Notes: a model not told the origin generated them from the letters alone. Counted from the first letter of the stretch, positions 1 through 10,243 are shown. The stretch: DNA of 64,000 nucleotides from Evtepia sp. (GCA_040768225.1 JAXGMZ010000001.1:346591-410590), one strand, 5' to 3'. Translations and numbers: made by a program.

Positions 1-1
1 A

Positions 2-1729
2 CAGGGGCATGAGGGGCTGCTCAAGCCCAAAGCGACCATTACCCGCGCGGAATTCATCTCCATCCTCGAGCGGATGATCCAGCCGGACCCCTCCTTCGAT
101 GCACCCGGCAGCCGGGAGGGCGGCGCCATCCTGCTCCCCGCGCGCGACCCCAACGCCCCGCTGCCGGCGGAGGCGAATCTTCGCCTCTCCGATCTGGATC
201 TCCACAGCGAGCTCTTCCTGACCGCTGAGAGCAGCAGCCTGACGCTGGAGAATGTCCGCTCGGACGCGCGCATCCTGATCCGCTCTGCGGCGCTCGCTTC
301 GCTGAACATCAGCGGCGGAGACCTCTCCCAATTGACCATTGCCGCCACCGGGGGGGATGTCAGCATCTCCCCGAAGAAAAACGGGCAGATCCGCACACTC
401 ACCGTCGGCGACGGCGCGGGGGAGCTCCATCTGGGCGAGGGCATCGGCAAGGTGGAGATCACCGGCGACCACCGCAGCGTCTTCCTCGATATGAAAGCGC
501 TCGACTCCCTGACCGTCAGCGGCAGCAACAATGTCATCACCGTGAGCAAGTCCTGCCGGATTGATGCGGTCACGCTGCTGGCCCTCGGTTCAGACAATGA
601 ACTGCTGGTACAGGGAAGAGCGGAGACGCTCACCATCCTCGGCGATCGGAATACGGTTGCGGGCAAGGGCAAGGCGGGGGATCTGCTGCTGCGCGGGCTC
701 GACTGCCGGGTGACGCTCTCCGCCGACATGCTCTGGGCAGATCTCGACTACGGCCTCTCTGAGCTGGAATTCACCCTCACACCCGCGCAAAACCCGCTCC
801 CCGCAGGGGAAACCGCTGCCATCACCGCAAGCTTTGCGCCGCTGCACGACGCCGTGGTCTCCGCCCAGTGGTATCAGGACGGCGTACCGGCCGCAGCCTA
901 TCAAAACCCCGCGCTGCCGCTCCACGCGGGCGCTTCCTCCACCTTTTATCCGAGCATTCCATACAGCGAAGACATGAAGCTCACCACCACCATCGCCCTG
1001 GAGCTTCGCTACCAGCGCAGTGACCAGCTCCAGAGCGTGCGGCAGGAGATCGAACTCGAGTTGGAAAACCATCCCTACAGCTACTACCACCCCGGCCCCA
1101 AGGCGAGCGACAAGCTCGTCGCCCTGACCTTTGACGACGGGCCCAGCGGCAACACCGGCCGCCTGCTCGATATCCTTGCCAGCCGGGATGTCAGTGCTAC
1201 CTTCTTCCTCGTCGGGCGGAGCATCCACAGCCGCCCGGAGCTCCTCGTCCGCATGCTTGACGACGGGCACGAGATCGGCTCTCACAGCTACAGCCACCCG
1301 GATCTCAGCCGCGCAAGCGCCGCGACCATCCGCAGCGAGCTGAGCTCCACCGCCGCTGCCATGCAGGAGGCCGCCGGCCACACACCAACCCTTCTGCGCC
1401 CCCCCTACGGCGCGTATAACCAAAGTGTGCTGGATCTCTGCCGGGAGGACGGGGTCTCTGTCATTTGCTGGTCGGTGGATACGCTCGACTGGAAAAGCCG
1501 CAACAGCAAGAGCATCTATGATATGATCTTCCACAATGGCGCGGCCAGCGTGAAGGACGGCGATATCATCCTCATGCACGACACGGTGGGCGCTTCGGTC
1601 GATGTCATCGCATCGGTGATCGACCGCCTGCTGGAGGAGGGCTATCACCTCGTCACCGTCTCGGAGCTGATCACCCTGCGCTATGAAAACGGCATGCAGG
1701 CCGGAACGGTGTATTTTCACGCCCGCTAA
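2..1729 (+). CDS. SLH-domain, beta-repeat and polysaccharide deacetylase (NodB/CE4) surface protein, 5' partial
   Basis: Frame is open from base 2 (..LLKPKATITRAEFISIL, SLH motif); C-terminal LTFDDGP, HSYSH, LRPPYG, ILMHD CE4 motifs. Confidence 0.85.
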   Translation, partial: QGHEGLLKPKATITRAEFISILERMIQPDPSFDAPGSREGGAILLPARDPNAPLPAEANLRLSDLDLHSELFLTAESSSLTLENVRSDARILIRSAALASLNISGGDLSQLTIAATGGDVSISPKKNGQIRTLTVGDGAGELHLGEGIGKVEITGDHRSVFLDMKALDSLTVSGSNNVITVSKSCRIDAVTLLALGSDNELLVQGRAETLTILGDRNTVAGKGKAGDLLLRGLDCRVTLSADMLWADLDYGLSELEFTLTPAQNPLPAGETAAITASFAPLHDAVVSAQWYQDGVPAAAYQNPALPLHAGASSTFYPSIPYSEDMKLTTTIALELRYQRSDQLQSVRQEIELELENHPYSYYHPGPKASDKLVALTFDDGPSGNTGRLLDILASRDVSATFFLVGRSIHSRPELLVRMLDDGHEIGSHSYSHPDLSRASAATIRSELSSTAAAMQEAAGHTPTLLRPPYGAYNQSVLDLCREDGVSVICWSVDTLDWKSRNSKSIYDMIFHNGAASVKDGDIILMHDTVGASVDVIASVIDRLLEEGYHLVTVSELITLRYENGMQAGTVYFHAR

Positions 1730-1766
1730 GTCGAATCCTGTCGTTTTTACAACATGAATTACACAG

Positions 1767-1806
1767 AAAAGAAGCGTTTGCAGCTGATCCTGCAAACGCT
1801 TCTTTT
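1767..1806. terminator. Bidirectional intrinsic terminator
   Basis: aaaagaagcgtttgcag...ctgcaaacgcttctttt between convergent genes. Confidence 0.85.
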
Positions 1807-1813
1807 GGTTGGA

Positions 1814-2740
1814 TTATTGGCACTCCTGCTCTTCCCGCAGAGCGTCTCTCCCCTCCGCGCGCATTTCTTCCAGCCTCTCTTCTGAGCAGACTTCCTGCGG
1901 CTTCGGCTGCATACGGGCCAGGAGCACATTGTAAACCGTCACCGAGCCCAAGACGATGACACCGCCGATCACGGAGACCGGCGTCATCCGCTCTCCCACG
2001 ACAATGCCCACCAGAAGGGGGTTCATCACCGGCTCCACACCCGAGATCAGGCAGGCGCTCACGGGCGCCGTTTTCTTGATGCCCGCGCAGAAGCAGACAT
2101 AGCCCAGCCCCATCTGAAAGAGGCCCAGCGCCAGCAGCAGCGTGATGCTGCCGGGGTCAAAGTTTCGCTGCTGGAGGATGACAGGAAGGCCGATCAGCCC
2201 CGAAGCGAAGTGCCCCATCACCGCCGCAGAATAGGAGTCTCCCCCGGGGATGCGGTTCATCATAAACACGCCCGCATAGGTAACCCCCGAAAAGAGCGCG
2301 AGCATATTGCCCAGCATCCGCCCGCTCCCCAGCCCGTCCATCACAAAGAAGGCGATGCCCGAGAACACGGCGATGCAGGTGATCACATCCAAGCGCCTTG
2401 GCCGCTCCTTGAAGAGAAGCCACATGAAAAAAATGATGAAGATGGGCGAGGCAAATTGGATGAGAATGGCGTTTGCCGCCGTTGTGAGCTTGTTGGCAAC
2501 CATGTACAGGTTGGTCGTGGCGCTGATGCAAAAGGCCCCCGTGAGCGTCCCCTTTGTGATCTTGACGCGCCCACCCGTCTTCTTCAGGTAGACGAGGATC
2601 ACAAAGCCCGCGATCCCGCAGCGCACGCCGTTGATGGCCAGCGCCGGCCACTCGGGCAGCATTTTAATCATCATGCCGCCGGTGCTAAAGAGCAGCGCCG
2701 AGCAGAGCATCAGAATATTGCCGTTTTTGAGCAGCTTCAC
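1814..2740 (-). CDS. EamA/DMT family transporter
   Basis: About 10 hydrophobic helices in two EamA repeats (TTAANAILIQFASPIF; VSACLISGVEPVMNP). Confidence 0.9.
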   Translation of the reverse strand: MKLLKNGNILMLCSALLFSTGGMMIKMLPEWPALAINGVRCGIAGFVILVYLKKTGGRVKITKGTLTGAFCISATTNLYMVANKLTTAANAILIQFASPIFIIFFMWLLFKERPRRLDVITCIAVFSGIAFFVMDGLGSGRMLGNMLALFSGVTYAGVFMMNRIPGGDSYSAAVMGHFASGLIGLPVILQQRNFDPGSITLLLALGLFQMGLGYVCFCAGIKKTAPVSACLISGVEPVMNPLLVGIVVGERMTPVSVIGGVIVLGSVTVYNVLLARMQPKPQEVCSEERLEEMRAEGRDALREEQECQ

Positions 2741-2817
2741 TTCATTTGCCCCTCTCTTTCGATCTGGAAATCACCTGCACGGGGGGCGGTCTGAAAGCCT
2801 TGCTGTGGCCTTCGCTC

Positions 2818-4098
2818 TTATACGCCTTCCAGCGCCGCGGCAATGTCCGCAATGATATCGGCACTCTCTTCAATGCCAACGGAAAAACGAACCATGTCAG
2901 CGGGCACGCCTGCCGCGGTCAGTTCCGCATCACTCAGCTGCCGGTGCGTCGCGGAGGCCGGGTGGAGCACGCAGGTCTTTGCATCGGCCACGTGCGTTGC
3001 AATCGAGGCCAGCTTCAAGCCGCCCATGAAGCGCTCTGCCGCTTCCCTGCCGCCCTTGAAGGCAAAGCTTGTCACGCCGCAGCTGCCATTTGGCAGGTAT
3101 TTTTGTGCCAGCTCGTAATCCCGGTCGCCGGGCAGTCCCGGATAGCGAACCCAGGCGATTTTGGGGTGATTCTGCACAAACTCCGCCACCTTCTGCGCGT
3201 TTTCGCAGTGCTTGGGGATGCGCAGATGCAGCGTCTCAAGCCCCACGTTGAGCAGGTAGGAGTTCATGGGGGCGGGGGAGGCGCCAAAGTCGCGCATCAG
3301 CTGCACAACGGCCTTGGTGATATAGGCGCCCTCCAGACCAAAGCGCTCCGTATAGGTCACCCCGTGGTAGCTCGCATCGGGCGTGGTCAGGCCGGGGAAC
3401 TTGTCCGCATATTGATTCCAATCGAAGGCGCCGCGGTCGACAATGGCGCCGCCCACGCAGTTGGCGTGCCCGTCCATGTATTTCGTGGTGGAGTGGATCA
3501 CAATGTCCGCACCCCACTCAAAGGGCCGGCAGTTGATGGGCGTTGCAAAGGTGTTGTCGATCAAGAGGGGCACACCGTTGCGATGCGCCACGCGGGCAAA
3601 GCGCTCAATGTCCAGCACCACCAAGGCCGGGTTTGCGATGGTTTCGGCAAAGAGCGCCTTGGTCTCCGGGCGGAAGGCCCGGTTCAATTCCTCCTCCGAG
3701 GCATAGGGATCAACGAATGTAAAGGAGATTCCCATGCGCTTCATGGTCACCGCGAAGAGGTTATATGTCCCGCCGTAGAGGGTGGATGAGGCCACCACAT
3801 GGTCCCCGGCGGAGCAGATATTAAAGAGCGAGAAGAAGCTTGCCGCCTGTCCGGATGAGGTGAGCATTGCGGCGCTCCCCCCCTCCAGCGCGGCGATCTT
3901 AGCCGCGACGTGGTCGCTGGTCGGGTTTTGGAGGCGGGTGTAGAAATAACCGCTACTCTCCAGATCGAAGAGCGCGCCCATTTGCCGGCTGCTCTCGTAG
4001 CGGAAGGTTGTGCTTTGGATAATGGGAATGTTTCTTGGCTCTCCGTTCTTGGGCCGATATCCTGCGTGGATGCAGTCGGTTCCTCTTTGATGGGCCAT
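2818..4098 (-). CDS. metY: O-acetylhomoserine aminocarboxypropyltransferase/sulfhydrylase (PLP)
   Basis: YTRLQNPT, TSSGQAA, IDNTFATP, HSTTKY (PLP lysine), HVADAKTCVLHPASATHRQL. Confidence 0.92.
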   Translation of the reverse strand: MAHQRGTDCIHAGYRPKNGEPRNIPIIQSTTFRYESSRQMGALFDLESSGYFYTRLQNPTSDHVAAKIAALEGGSAAMLTSSGQAASFFSLFNICSAGDHVVASSTLYGGTYNLFAVTMKRMGISFTFVDPYASEEELNRAFRPETKALFAETIANPALVVLDIERFARVAHRNGVPLLIDNTFATPINCRPFEWGADIVIHSTTKYMDGHANCVGGAIVDRGAFDWNQYADKFPGLTTPDASYHGVTYTERFGLEGAYITKAVVQLMRDFGASPAPMNSYLLNVGLETLHLRIPKHCENAQKVAEFVQNHPKIAWVRYPGLPGDRDYELAQKYLPNGSCGVTSFAFKGGREAAERFMGGLKLASIATHVADAKTCVLHPASATHRQLSDAELTAAGVPADMVRFSVGIEESADIIADIAAALEGV

Positions 4099-4154
4099 GG
4101 CAGTTCATCCTTTCTTCTGTCAATTACAAGTCATCGCGCCGCCGGCAGTTCCGC

Positions 4155-5117
4155 CTAATCTTCCGGCTGGGATGCTTGCGTTGGCGCGGCGATCCCGCTG
4201 AAGGCTTGGACACTCTCCGCGTCCAGCCGCTCCGCTAAGCCGAGCTGACCGTAGCGCAGCGCCGGCTCCCCTTCTTTGTAGAGGCAGAGTGCGTCAATGT
4301 GGTCGAGCTGGCAGAGGGTGAGCACAAGCGCCCCGAGCGCTGCAACATTTTGCGCTCTCTCCTCGGGCAGCATCTCAAAGAACGAGCCGGAGAGATCCAT
4401 GATGCAGCAGCCATCCTTCACCCGGACGGAATGGATGTCTTTTTCGGCAGGCAGCCCCAAAAGCGCCTGCGTCTTGGCCTCCGCCGTGAGCGCATGCAGC
4501 GCCGCGAGCGCGAGGCTCTCGTCCTGCGTGAGGAGGATCGTTTTTGTCCTCCGCTCCCAGCGCAAGCCCTCCTCTGTTTCCAGCAGAAACCAGAGGGTGA
4601 TCTCCCGCTCTGTGAGCGCGCTGCGGTGCAGGGAGAGCAGCAGGTCTTCCGGGCGCAGATTTTGGTGGTCGCGGTAGCTGATGGGCTCTGATTCAACCCT
4701 TGTGACTACGCTCTGCACCTGCGAAAGCTGGCTGAGAGTCATCGTAACACTGTAGTCCGCCAAAGTCAATTCAATTCCGGAGAGCGCGCCGTATTGCCTG
4801 GAGAAATCCACCGTCAGCACACCCTCCTCGAGGGTCCAGCCCCGAAGCGTGACCCCTTTGGGGATGCTGCGGCGCATGCTCTCCGCCGGCGGCTCCTGCA
4901 GCAGCGCCTCGAGCAGCAGGTCGATCGGCTCCTCCCCCTCGGGCACGAAGAGACTCTGGCTGGCGAGTGCCGCATCCTGCAGCCCGCCCTGTTCCGCAAG
5001 GTAGTACACCTCATAATATACTCCCCCCGAATCCCTCCCCCCGCAGGCGGCCAAGAGGAGGGCGAGGGCAAGGGTGAGCGCCGCGAGCGCGGCTCTCCTG
5101 TGATCCCCTCTCATCAC
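4155..5117 (-). CDS. GerMN-domain lipoprotein
   Basis: Lipobox LLLAACG; two GerMN-like repeats (IPKGVTLRGWTLEEGVLTVDFS; CCIMDLSGSF...LVLTLCQL); overlaps the kinase stop. Confidence 0.8.
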   Translation of the reverse strand: MMRGDHRRAALAALTLALALLLAACGGRDSGGVYYEVYYLAEQGGLQDAALASQSLFVPEGEEPIDLLLEALLQEPPAESMRRSIPKGVTLRGWTLEEGVLTVDFSRQYGALSGIELTLADYSVTMTLSQLSQVQSVVTRVESEPISYRDHQNLRPEDLLLSLHRSALTEREITLWFLLETEEGLRWERRTKTILLTQDESLALAALHALTAEAKTQALLGLPAEKDIHSVRVKDGCCIMDLSGSFFEMLPEERAQNVAALGALVLTLCQLDHIDALCLYKEGEPALRYGQLGLAERLDAESVQAFSGIAAPTQASQPED

Positions 5118-6517
5118 GCATCGCCCCCCTTCCAGCGCGGGAAGCGAAGGCGCATGCAGCTCCCGCCGCCGGCGCTTGCCTCAGCGCGGATCTCCCCGCC
5201 GTAGATTTCAACCGCCTCGAGCACAATGGCAAGGCCGAGACCCGTGCCGCCCGCGTCGCGGCTGCGCGCCTTATCCACGCGGTAAAAGCGCTCGAAAATA
5301 TGCGGCAGGTCCTCTTCGGGAATTCCCATCCCATCGTCCTCCACATCGACACAGGCCCAATCCTCCGTACCCTCCAGCCGCAGCAGCACCCGCCCGCCCG
5401 GCAGGCTGTATTTGACCGCGTTTTCCATCAGGTTTGTAAAGATATGGACAAAGTCACCCTCGTGCCCCAGCACCACAAGCTCCTCTTCCGGAAGCTCCAG
5501 CAGCAGTGCAACATCCGCCGCATGCGCCAGGGGCGCGATCAGCTTGCGGGTTTTTTCAATGACAGGCGAGAGCGGCAGGGGCGAGAGGGCGTGCCTCTGC
5601 CCGGCATCGAGCCGGTTGAGCGTGAGCAGATCCTCGCTGATGCCAATCAGCCGATCGGCCGCCTGGCGGATGTCCTCAACAAATTCCAGCGTGGTCTCCC
5701 GCTCCATCTCCCCCTGGAGAATGGAGTCACTGAGCAGTTTGATGGAGGTCAGCGGGGTTTTCAGCTCATGCGAGGCATCGGAAACGAAGCGGCGGCGCGC
5801 CTCCTCCGTGGTTTGCAGGCGGTCGGTCAGTTGGTTGAACTCCTCCCCCAGCTGCGAGAGCTCGTCCTTGCCGCGGATGGCGATCCGGTGCGCATACTCC
5901 CCCTCCCGCACGATGTGGATGGCGCCGAGCAGCGCGCCGATCCGCTTGGTCACGGTTCGCGAGAGCAGGGTTGAGATCAAGAGCACCAGACCGCAGACCG
6001 CAAAGGAGATGAGCTGCAGGTTGTGCTGCACCTCTTTTAACAAAACCCCCTGGCTGCTGTCCGCCTCATAGAGGTAGACCGCGCCCACAATGCGCCCGCG
6101 CGTGAGCACGGGCGAGGCGGCATAGCTGCGGAAGACGCCGTCATGGTATTCCGCGAAGAAGACATCATTCCCCCGGAGCGCCAGCACGAGCGAGCGCAGC
6201 AGCGCATAGTGGGAGACGGCGGACTCCTCCGCCGAATCGTAGAGCACCAGAGCGCTCTCATCGGTCACCAGCAGCCGCCTGCCGCCGAGCTCTTCCAGAC
6301 TCACCGCCTGCTCCACGGCCTCCGGCGTCAAGCGCCCGGGGGCCGGAAGGGCATTGGCCACCAGCAGCACCTGACTTTGCAGCGAGATCTCTTTGGAGCG
6401 AAACATCATATCCTGCGTCATCATCAGCGGATAGGTGTTCAGAAGAACCAAGACGGCCAGAATAATGGCCGCATAGGCCAGCGAGAGCTTAATCTGAATC
6501 GAGCGGCGCCCCTTCAT
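5114..6517 (-). CDS. HAMP-domain sensor histidine kinase
   Basis: H-box SDASHELKTPL, N-box NLMENAVKY, DDGMGI, FERFYRVD, GTGLGL. Confidence 0.95.
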   Translation of the reverse strand: MKGRRSIQIKLSLAYAAIILAVLVLLNTYPLMMTQDMMFRSKEISLQSQVLLVANALPAPGRLTPEAVEQAVSLEELGGRRLLVTDESALVLYDSAEESAVSHYALLRSLVLALRGNDVFFAEYHDGVFRSYAASPVLTRGRIVGAVYLYEADSSQGVLLKEVQHNLQLISFAVCGLVLLISTLLSRTVTKRIGALLGAIHIVREGEYAHRIAIRGKDELSQLGEEFNQLTDRLQTTEEARRRFVSDASHELKTPLTSIKLLSDSILQGEMERETTLEFVEDIRQAADRLIGISEDLLTLNRLDAGQRHALSPLPLSPVIEKTRKLIAPLAHAADVALLLELPEEELVVLGHEGDFVHIFTNLMENAVKYSLPGGRVLLRLEGTEDWACVDVEDDGMGIPEEDLPHIFERFYRVDKARSRDAGGTGLGLAIVLEAVEIYGGEIRAEASAGGGSCMRLRFPRWKGGDA

Positions 6518-7196
6518 CTTTCTTAAAATAATAACCCACTCCCCATTTCGTCAGCAGCCGCCGGGGCGAAGCTGGATTCTCTTCCATCTTTTCACGCAGG
6601 CGGCGCATGTGCACGTCTACCGTGCGGTCATCGCCCGCATATTCATAGCCCCAAATGAGATTGAGCAGCTGCGCGCGGCTGTAGACGCGGCCCGCGTTTC
6701 GCATCAGAAGCTCCAGAAGGTCAAACTCCTTTGCCGTCAACTCCACCGGGCCGCGCGCGTTCCAGGCGGCGCGCGCATTCCCGTCGAGCGCCCAGCCGCT
6801 TTGGCGCACGCGCGCGCCCTCGTCCTGCTCCCTCTGCCCCGCGCGGCGCAGCAGCGCGCGCACTCTGGCCTTCACCTCCAGAATCTGAAAGGGCTTGGTG
6901 ATATAGTCATCCGCCCCGTATTCAAAGCCGAGCAGCTTGTCCGTGTCCTCATCCCGGGCCGTGAGCATAATGATCGGCACGGAGGAGAAACTGCGAATCT
7001 CCATGCAGGCGGCAAGCCCGTCAATCTTCGGCATCATCAGATCCAGAAGAATGAGGTCGTAGCTGTTTTGTTTCGCAAGCTCCACCGCCTGCTGCCCGTC
7101 ATAGGCGGCATCCACCGTGTGCCCTTCGTTTTCCAGGTTGAATTTTAGACCCTTCACGATTGCCTTCTCGTCATCCACCACCAGAATTCTTGACAT
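6489..7196 (-). CDS. OmpR/WalR-family response regulator
   Basis: ILVVDDE, LDLMMP, MLTA, GADDYITKPF, winged helix RTVDVHMRRLREK. Confidence 0.95.
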   Translation of the reverse strand: MSRILVVDDEKAIVKGLKFNLENEGHTVDAAYDGQQAVELAKQNSYDLILLDLMMPKIDGLAACMEIRSFSSVPIIMLTARDEDTDKLLGFEYGADDYITKPFQILEVKARVRALLRRAGQREQDEGARVRQSGWALDGNARAAWNARGPVELTAKEFDLLELLMRNAGRVYSRAQLLNLIWGYEYAGDDRTVDVHMRRLREKMEENPASPRRLLTKWGVGYYFKKDEGAPLDSD

Positions 7197-7599
7197 CCCA
7201 TGCACCCCCTTCCTCTTCCACCGTCACATAATCGAGCAGCTTTTCCAGCGTTTTTTCTCCAATGCCCGGCACTTGAATCAAATCCCCCGGCGCAGCAAAG
7301 GGCCCCTGCGCCTCCCGATGGGCTACAATATTCCGGGCCTTTGCCTCACCGATTCCGGGAAGGCGCGTCAAATCCTCCCAAGAGGCGGTGTTCACATTGA
7401 TGCGCTCCCCCGCGAGAATGCCCGGCGCGGGTGAGCGCTCCGCCGGCTCGATGGCCGCTTGCGCCGCCTCCGGTGTTGAGACCGTAATGCGGGTGAGCTC
7501 GCGCTGCCTGTTCTCAAAGAAAAACCAAAGCGCGCTCAGGAGAAGAAAGAGGGCTGTGAGCAGCAGCACACTGCGCTCGAAAGCCGATATCTTTTTCAT
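7171..7599 (-). CDS. comEA: ComEA-like helix-hairpin-helix DNA-binding protein
   Basis: N-terminal TM; ININTASWEDLTRLPGIGEAKA...QVPGIGEKT. Confidence 0.85.
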   Translation of the reverse strand: MKKISAFERSVLLLTALFLLLSALWFFFENRQRELTRITVSTPEAAQAAIEPAERSPAPGILAGERINVNTASWEDLTRLPGIGEAKARNIVAHREAQGPFAAPGDLIQVPGIGEKTLEKLLDYVTVEEEGGAWDVKNSGGG

Positions 7600-7620
7600 G
7601 CGGCGAAATCACTCCTGACA

Positions 7621-7649
7621 TTGCGTATTTTCCCCCGGTTTGTTATAAT
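7621..7649 (+). promoter_or_regulatory. sigmaA-type promoter
   Basis: TTGCGT-17 bp-TATAAT. Confidence 0.55.
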
Positions 7650-7846
7650 GGAAGCCACGCGGCAGGGCGCCGCCTGCGGCGGAGCGATCTGCTGCTGCAC
7701 GCAGCCCAACGCCTTGGCCCTCCCTGTTTGGAGATCGTATACCACAGGCGCTGTGCGCCGTTGTGGTATATGTAATCTAAATCAGGTATAATATCCACTT
7801 CGTGGATATTATACCATATGATATCACTGAAAGTAGAGCTTTCTAT

Positions 7847-9364
7847 ATGAAAAAACAATCAATTTTTGCTTTTTTTCTGGCATGCATCCTCTTCCTCCCC
7901 ACCCTGCCCCATGCCGCCGCCCTCAATAACACGGAATCTGCCCCCAGCCCTGCCCTTCAGGAGAGCGCGGCCGCGGAGGCCCCCGCGGAATCACCGCCGG
8001 AAACACCGCCCGCAGCGCTTCCCCCAAAGCGGATGCAGACAGAAGGCCCCAAGGGCATCCGCGCAGAGGCGGCCCTCTTGATCGATGTGCAGCGTGATCA
8101 GGCAGAGGACACCATCCTCTTCGACCAAAACGGAAGCGCACGCCGCTACCCCGCCAGCACCACGAAGATCATGACGGCGCTGCTCGTTCTGGAAGCCGTT
8201 GACCGCGGGCAATTGCAGCTGGACACGCCCATCCGCTGTTCGGAGAGCGCGCTCTCGGGCATCGGCTGGGACGCATCCACGCAAAACATTCAGGCGGGCG
8301 AGCTGATGAGTGTGGAGAACCTGCTCTACTGCCTGCTCTGCGCCTCTGCCAACGAGGCGGGCAATATTTTGGCGGAAGCGGTCAGCGGTGAGATCGGGCG
8401 TTTTGTCGAGCAGATGAACGAGCGCGCGAGCGAGCTTGGCATGGAGAATACCCATTTTTCTAACACACATGGGCTGCATGAGAGCAACCACTATACCACG
8501 GCTTATGATCTCTACCTGCTCACCCGCAGCGCGATGGAGCACAGCGTCTTCCAAAAAATTGTCTCCACCGCGGACTACACGGTGCCGGCCACCAACATGG
8601 CGGGCGAGCGCCGCTTTTTTAACACCAACGCGCTCCTGTCCACCTGGCTCTATTCCGGCTATGACTACTCCCCCGCGACAGGCGTCAAAACCGGCTATAC
8701 CGGCGAGGCGGGCTACTGTCTGGTCTCCTCCGCCTGGCACGAGGGGCGCATGCTCATCTGCGTCGTGCTGGGTGCGGAGACGGAGAAAGACGCCCGCGGC
8801 CATGTCACCGACCGGCGGCAGTTTAGCGAAAGCCGCACCCTCCTGCGCTGGGGCTTTACGAACTTTAAAATCCAGCCCCTGGTCGGCCCGGGCACGCTCC
8901 TGAGCGAGGTCCCCGTCGCCCTTGGAAAAAACGTCTCCTATGTTCTGGCGGGCCCGGGCGACACCATACACGCGCTGCTTCCAAGCTCCTTCCGCCCGGA
9001 GGACGTGTCGCTCGATGTCACCCTCCTGCGGGAGCAGGTGCGCGCCCCTGTCAAACAGGGGCAGCTGCTCGGCTCCGCCACGGTTGCCTACGGCGGCATC
9101 TCCTATGGCAGCTGCGACCTCGTCGCGGTCAACAGCGTGGAGCTCTCCGTCTCCAAGCTTATCAGCAGCAGCATTGCCGCTTTCTTTGGCAATCTCATCG
9201 TCCAGCTGGCGCTCATCGCCCTTGCCATCTTCATCGTATTGCGCTACATACGCACATCAAGGCGGGAGCCGCGGCGCGGCAACCGCAAGCCCCCCTCCAA
9301 CACGACGCCCTATCCCGGCACGGAGGAGCGAAATCAAAAACGCGGCGGCAGAAGGCGATTGTAA
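7847..9364 (+). CDS. D-alanyl-D-alanine carboxypeptidase (peptidase S11, PBP5-like)
   Basis: Signal peptide from ATG 7847; PASTTKIMT (SxxK), SAN, KTGYT; C-terminal TM. Confidence 0.92.
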   Translation: MKKQSIFAFFLACILFLPTLPHAAALNNTESAPSPALQESAAAEAPAESPPETPPAALPPKRMQTEGPKGIRAEAALLIDVQRDQAEDTILFDQNGSARRYPASTTKIMTALLVLEAVDRGQLQLDTPIRCSESALSGIGWDASTQNIQAGELMSVENLLYCLLCASANEAGNILAEAVSGEIGRFVEQMNERASELGMENTHFSNTHGLHESNHYTTAYDLYLLTRSAMEHSVFQKIVSTADYTVPATNMAGERRFFNTNALLSTWLYSGYDYSPATGVKTGYTGEAGYCLVSSAWHEGRMLICVVLGAETEKDARGHVTDRRQFSESRTLLRWGFTNFKIQPLVGPGTLLSEVPVALGKNVSYVLAGPGDTIHALLPSSFRPEDVSLDVTLLREQVRAPVKQGQLLGSATVAYGGISYGSCDLVAVNSVELSVSKLISSSIAAFFGNLIVQLALIALAIFIVLRYIRTSRREPRRGNRKPPSNTTPYPGTEERNQKRGGRRRL

Positions 9365-9409
9365 GCGAAGGATCTATCCCTTTTTCACCACTTTAAGGAG
9401 GTTTTACAC

Positions 9410-10153
9410 ATGGACAATCCCTTTGAAACCTTGCAGCAGTGGCTCGACGAGAGCGAGCGAATCGTCTTTTTCGGCGGTGCGGGTGTCTCCACCGAGAGCG
9501 GGATCCCCGACTTTCGAAGTGTGGACGGGCTCTACCACCAGACCTACAGCCATCCGCCGGAGACCATCCTCAGCCACAGTTTTTTCATGCGGCACCCGAA
9601 AGAGTTCTATCAGTTTTACCGGGATAAAATGATCATCCCCGACGCAAAACCAAACGCCGCCCACCAGAAGCTTGCCGAGCTGGAGCAGGCCGGAAAACTC
9701 CAGGCGGTGATCACGCAAAACATTGACGGACTCCATCAGGCGGCCGGCAGCCGCGAGGTGCTGGAGCTGCACGGCTCTGTCCACCGGAATTACTGCATGG
9801 GCTGCGGCGCGGACTACCCCATCTCCTTCATCGCGGAGAGCCAAGACGTTCCCAAGTGCACTCTCTGCGGCAAAATCGTCCGCCCCGATGTCGTGCTCTA
9901 TGAAGAGGGGCTCGACGGCGACGTGATGGAGCGCGCTGTGTCCCATCTCCGCGCGGCGGATATGCTCATCATCGGCGGCACCTCCCTGGTGGTCTACCCC
10001 GCCGCGGGCCTCGTCAATTACTACCGCGGCGCAAAGCTCGTGCTCATCAACAAGGGGGAGACCTCCATGCACGCCCGCGCCAACCTGACCATCTCCATGC
10101 CGATCGGCGAGGTCTTCTCCCGCATGCGGACGGGGGCGGCAGAGCCGCGCTGA
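9410..10153 (+). CDS. cobB: NAD-dependent protein deacylase (sirtuin)
   Basis: GAGVSTESGIPDFRS, TQNIDGLH, HGS, Zn-binding CxxC pairs, GGTSL. Confidence 0.93.
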   Translation: MDNPFETLQQWLDESERIVFFGGAGVSTESGIPDFRSVDGLYHQTYSHPPETILSHSFFMRHPKEFYQFYRDKMIIPDAKPNAAHQKLAELEQAGKLQAVITQNIDGLHQAAGSREVLELHGSVHRNYCMGCGADYPISFIAESQDVPKCTLCGKIVRPDVVLYEEGLDGDVMERAVSHLRAADMLIIGGTSLVVYPAAGLVNYYRGAKLVLINKGETSMHARANLTISMPIGEVFSRMRTGAAEPR

Positions 10154-10243
10154 CGCGGCCCGCCCCACTCCCCCCGCACCCGGTGCACAGCCGCGCCCGG
10201 GGATCCAAATCTGAATTGGCAATGCCGGTAAGGAAGGTGTTTT

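Noticed and set aside
4099-4154. SAM or T-box riboswitch before metY
   Set aside because: The gap is 56 bp with no such motifs.
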